Assembly (NCBI GenBank): GCA_964016885.1 | Contig: OZ024740.1 | Coordinates: 70,618,001 to 70,682,000, forward strand | Direction: 5' to 3' | Length of the DNA: 64,000 bases | Source of the DNA: Eledone cirrhosa | Taxonomy: Eukaryota | Position numbers and translations under genes: made by a program | Shown: positions 63,192 through 64,000 of the stretch, piece after piece | Numbering within the stretch: position 1 is the first letter of the stretch | Layout of the letters: each line of letters begins with the position of its first letter | The notes under the pieces: model-generated | What the model was told of the DNA's origin: nothing | Seen by the model: only the letters and a program-made list of their open reading frames with translations | Database searches by the model: none

Positions 63192-64000
63192 CTATATCTA
63201 CTTATATATATAACCAGCAATTTCTCTGTCTGTCTGTCCGACAGTGGAAACACGTGCGTAGAGAGAGAGTGAGAGTGAAAGAAAGAGACAGACCACGAGA
63301 GGGGGATAGCGGGAGGGAGAGAGGGAGAGAGAGAGAGTGAATAGACGCTAAAACCCGTGCTACAGAAACATTACCTTCCCCTCTCCACTGACTTTGGTCA
63401 CTGAGGCCGAGGGAATCGCTGGTTGCTATAGAGACACCTTGCACAAGCCAGAAGTAACCAGTTCGAGGCGGTTCTGACTTGACACCATGCGAAGAAGGTT
63501 TCCATTGAATTTGTGGTTTGAAGAAGGTTGCCATTGAATTTGTGGTTGTTGCTGCTAATAATAAGGACCATTTGAAGAAGGTTGCCATTGAATTTGTGGT
63601 TGTTGCTGCTGATAATAAGGACCATTTGAAGAAGGTTGCTGCTGATGAGGTAATTTATTAATCAGATTGTGCAGTTCCATAACCTACGTTTGATTTGTTC
63701 AATTTTTTTCTTCAATTTTTTTGTTGTTTTTTTTATTTCTTATTGAAAAAATATAAATAATAAAATAAGGTTAGAAATTTAAATACAATTAAATACGATT
63801 TAATTTCCATTTCCAGCAGCCAATGTCCAGTGTTCAATTTCATGAAAAAATTGGAAATAATTAAAAAAATTGAAGTTTAACTTTTGAACATTTGTTTTGA
63901 CAATAAAAACATATTTCCTTATTCACACGTAATGGTATGATTAAAATTTCATAGGAATATTTTTTTCTAACCGCCAGTTATTTATTTTCTCCTTTTTCGT
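63192..64000 (+). mobile_element. Probable 5' end of a Helitron-like element with an internal 54-bp tandem repeat (about 63490-63640)
   Basis: Starts TCTATATCTACTTATATATATAA..CTGTCTGTCTGTCC; TTTGAAGAAGG at 63517, 63571 and 63625. The 3' end is not seen. Confidence 0.4.

Noticed and set aside
63490-63640. 54-bp repeats (and the 47-bp array at 27 kb) as CRISPR-like arrays
   Set aside because: No unique spacers between conserved repeats, no cas genes, eukaryotic context.

Overview
AT-rich, microsatellite-dense eukaryotic DNA made almost entirely of repeats. The tRNA-derived SINE family and the repeat mix suggest an octopus/coleoid cephalopod genome (inference, not verified). No complete host gene is visible; two possible minus-strand exons are noted at low confidence. 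Recognisable retroelements: three Penelope-like elements (PLEs) with RT plus GIY-YIG (a Naiad-type copy at 2.0-6.2 kb, a YRDD-type copy at 15.3-17.0 kb and a third at 37.4-40.4 kb), a young 5'-truncated RTE LINE with a PHD-like finger inside its RT, decayed RTE, CR1-like and R4/Dong-like fragments, many SINEs, a multi-copy bipartite RTE-derived element, Helitron ends and old MITEs. The most striking signal is about 20 type I hammerhead ribozyme (HHR) motifs, all folded by eye. They lie in short non-coding PLE-tail or retrozyme-like modules inserted into (TA)n tracts. They include U3-A8 core variants, forms with very long stem II inserts, unit-plus-partial tandem arrangements consistent with circular RNA templates (320, 556 and 661 nt periods), and snap-back palindromes whose apex falls in the ribozyme's stem II. 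Most short ORFs in the supplied track are microsatellite translations.
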